Notes under the pieces: model-generated
Seen by the model: the letters and a program-made list of their open reading frames with translations, nothing else
Database searches by the model: none
Told to the model about the DNA's origin: nothing
Part shown: piece by piece, positions 63,343-64,000 of the stretch
Layout: each line of letters opens with the position of its first letter
Position numbering within the stretch: the first letter of the stretch is position 1
Made by a program: the position numbers and the translations under genes
Source of the DNA: Pelagomonas calceolata
Lineage: Eukaryota
NCBI GenBank assembly: GCA_918797485.1
Contig: CAKKNE010000005.1
Span: 930,001 to 994,000 of the forward strand
Direction: 5' to 3'
Length of the DNA: 64,000 nucleotides

Positions 63343-63786
63343 GTTTGCTGCTGGTCGTGCGGCTTTGCTGCGGCCGCGCACGGTCCGGCAGCGGCTCGGG
63401 GGAGCTCTTCTCGGGCAAGACAACCCGTCTAGACCAGTGGACCCACGGCTGCGACTCGACGCGACGCGCTTGGGAGCCAGCGAGCTGGAGAGGCCAGCCC
63501 CTCTGCCAGAGCTCTTGGTGGCTAAACACAGCCGTAGACGGTTATAGCTCGGATCCTGCGGCGTGTGCAGGACGGCTGCGTCGCGCGAACGCCGCGACGA
63601 CGAGTGCAATCGCTTGCGGCGCGTGCTGTCTCACTGTGAGAGAGCCAGTGCCAAACACACGCTCTGCACGGCGCGCGTCGGCACTCGTGCCGCACCAGCG
63701 CTGCTACTCGTTTGCACCGTCCAGCACTTGTCCGCCACGAGCGCTGACGCTGCCGCTGCCGACGCGCGAAGTGTTCGCGGCGAGCA

Positions 63787-64000
63787 ATGTCGATGGACGA
63801 CACGTTCTCCGAGAGAGCGCCGACGGTCGGCCCGCAGATCCGCACATTAAGACTCGTGGAACACGTGAAACCGGAGCAGGAGCAGGCCTACCTGGAGTGG
63901 AGCCGCGAGTTCTCCGACGCGCACGCGAACTTCATCGCGGCGCGGGACCCGGAGAGCTGGTCGAGCGTCGTGATGATTAGGGACCGCGCGTTTGGAAGGA
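63787..64000 (+). CDS. 5' end of a gene, possibly ABM-like dimeric alpha-beta barrel; runs off the window end
   Basis: MSMDDTF...VEHVKPEQEQAYLEW, open to the end. Confidence 0.5.
   Translation, partial: MSMDDTFSERAPTVGPQIRTLRLVEHVKPEQEQAYLEWSREFSDAHANFIAARDPESWSSVVMIRDRAFGR

Noticed and set aside
1..64000. Hundreds of overlapping or antisense Arg/Ala/Pro-rich ORFs in the ORF track
   Set aside because: These are shadow frames of real genes in high-GC DNA and carry no domain motifs.

Overview
Gene-dense, GC-rich eukaryotic nuclear DNA with short spliceosomal introns. Gene content, signal peptides and intron style point to a pelagophyte stramenopile alga (Pelagomonas/Aureococcus-like); this is an inference. 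I can support about 38 protein-coding genes. Housekeeping and regulatory genes include ABC1 kinase, FAN1, pyruvate kinase, POR-like SDR, HSF, GT8, Yos1, PNUTS-like, TPS/TPP, a Tudor-Myb-JmjC protein, Spinster-like MFS, MEIG1, PHGDH and Tim21. I reconstructed several intron-split genes by hand, and each gave an in-frame total length. Main highlights: (1) a 1966-aa NLR-like protein (NACHT + near-identical WD-like repeats + ankyrins) with a RelA/SpoT-like nucleotidyltransferase domain inserted inside its NACHT module, in a locally rearranged immune-like cluster; (2) a family of introner transposons (TIR CTGTGTGGAAATCAA, 8-bp TSD supplying the donor) seen at several stages of decay and in both orientations; (3) a HIRAN-like domain inserted within the FAN1 nuclease active-site motif; (4) two recurrent intergenic motifs that look like promoter elements; (5) near-abutting tandem ORFs that may be bicistronic. 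I recognised no rRNA, tRNA or CRISPR arrays. All domain calls are by eye, with no database searches.
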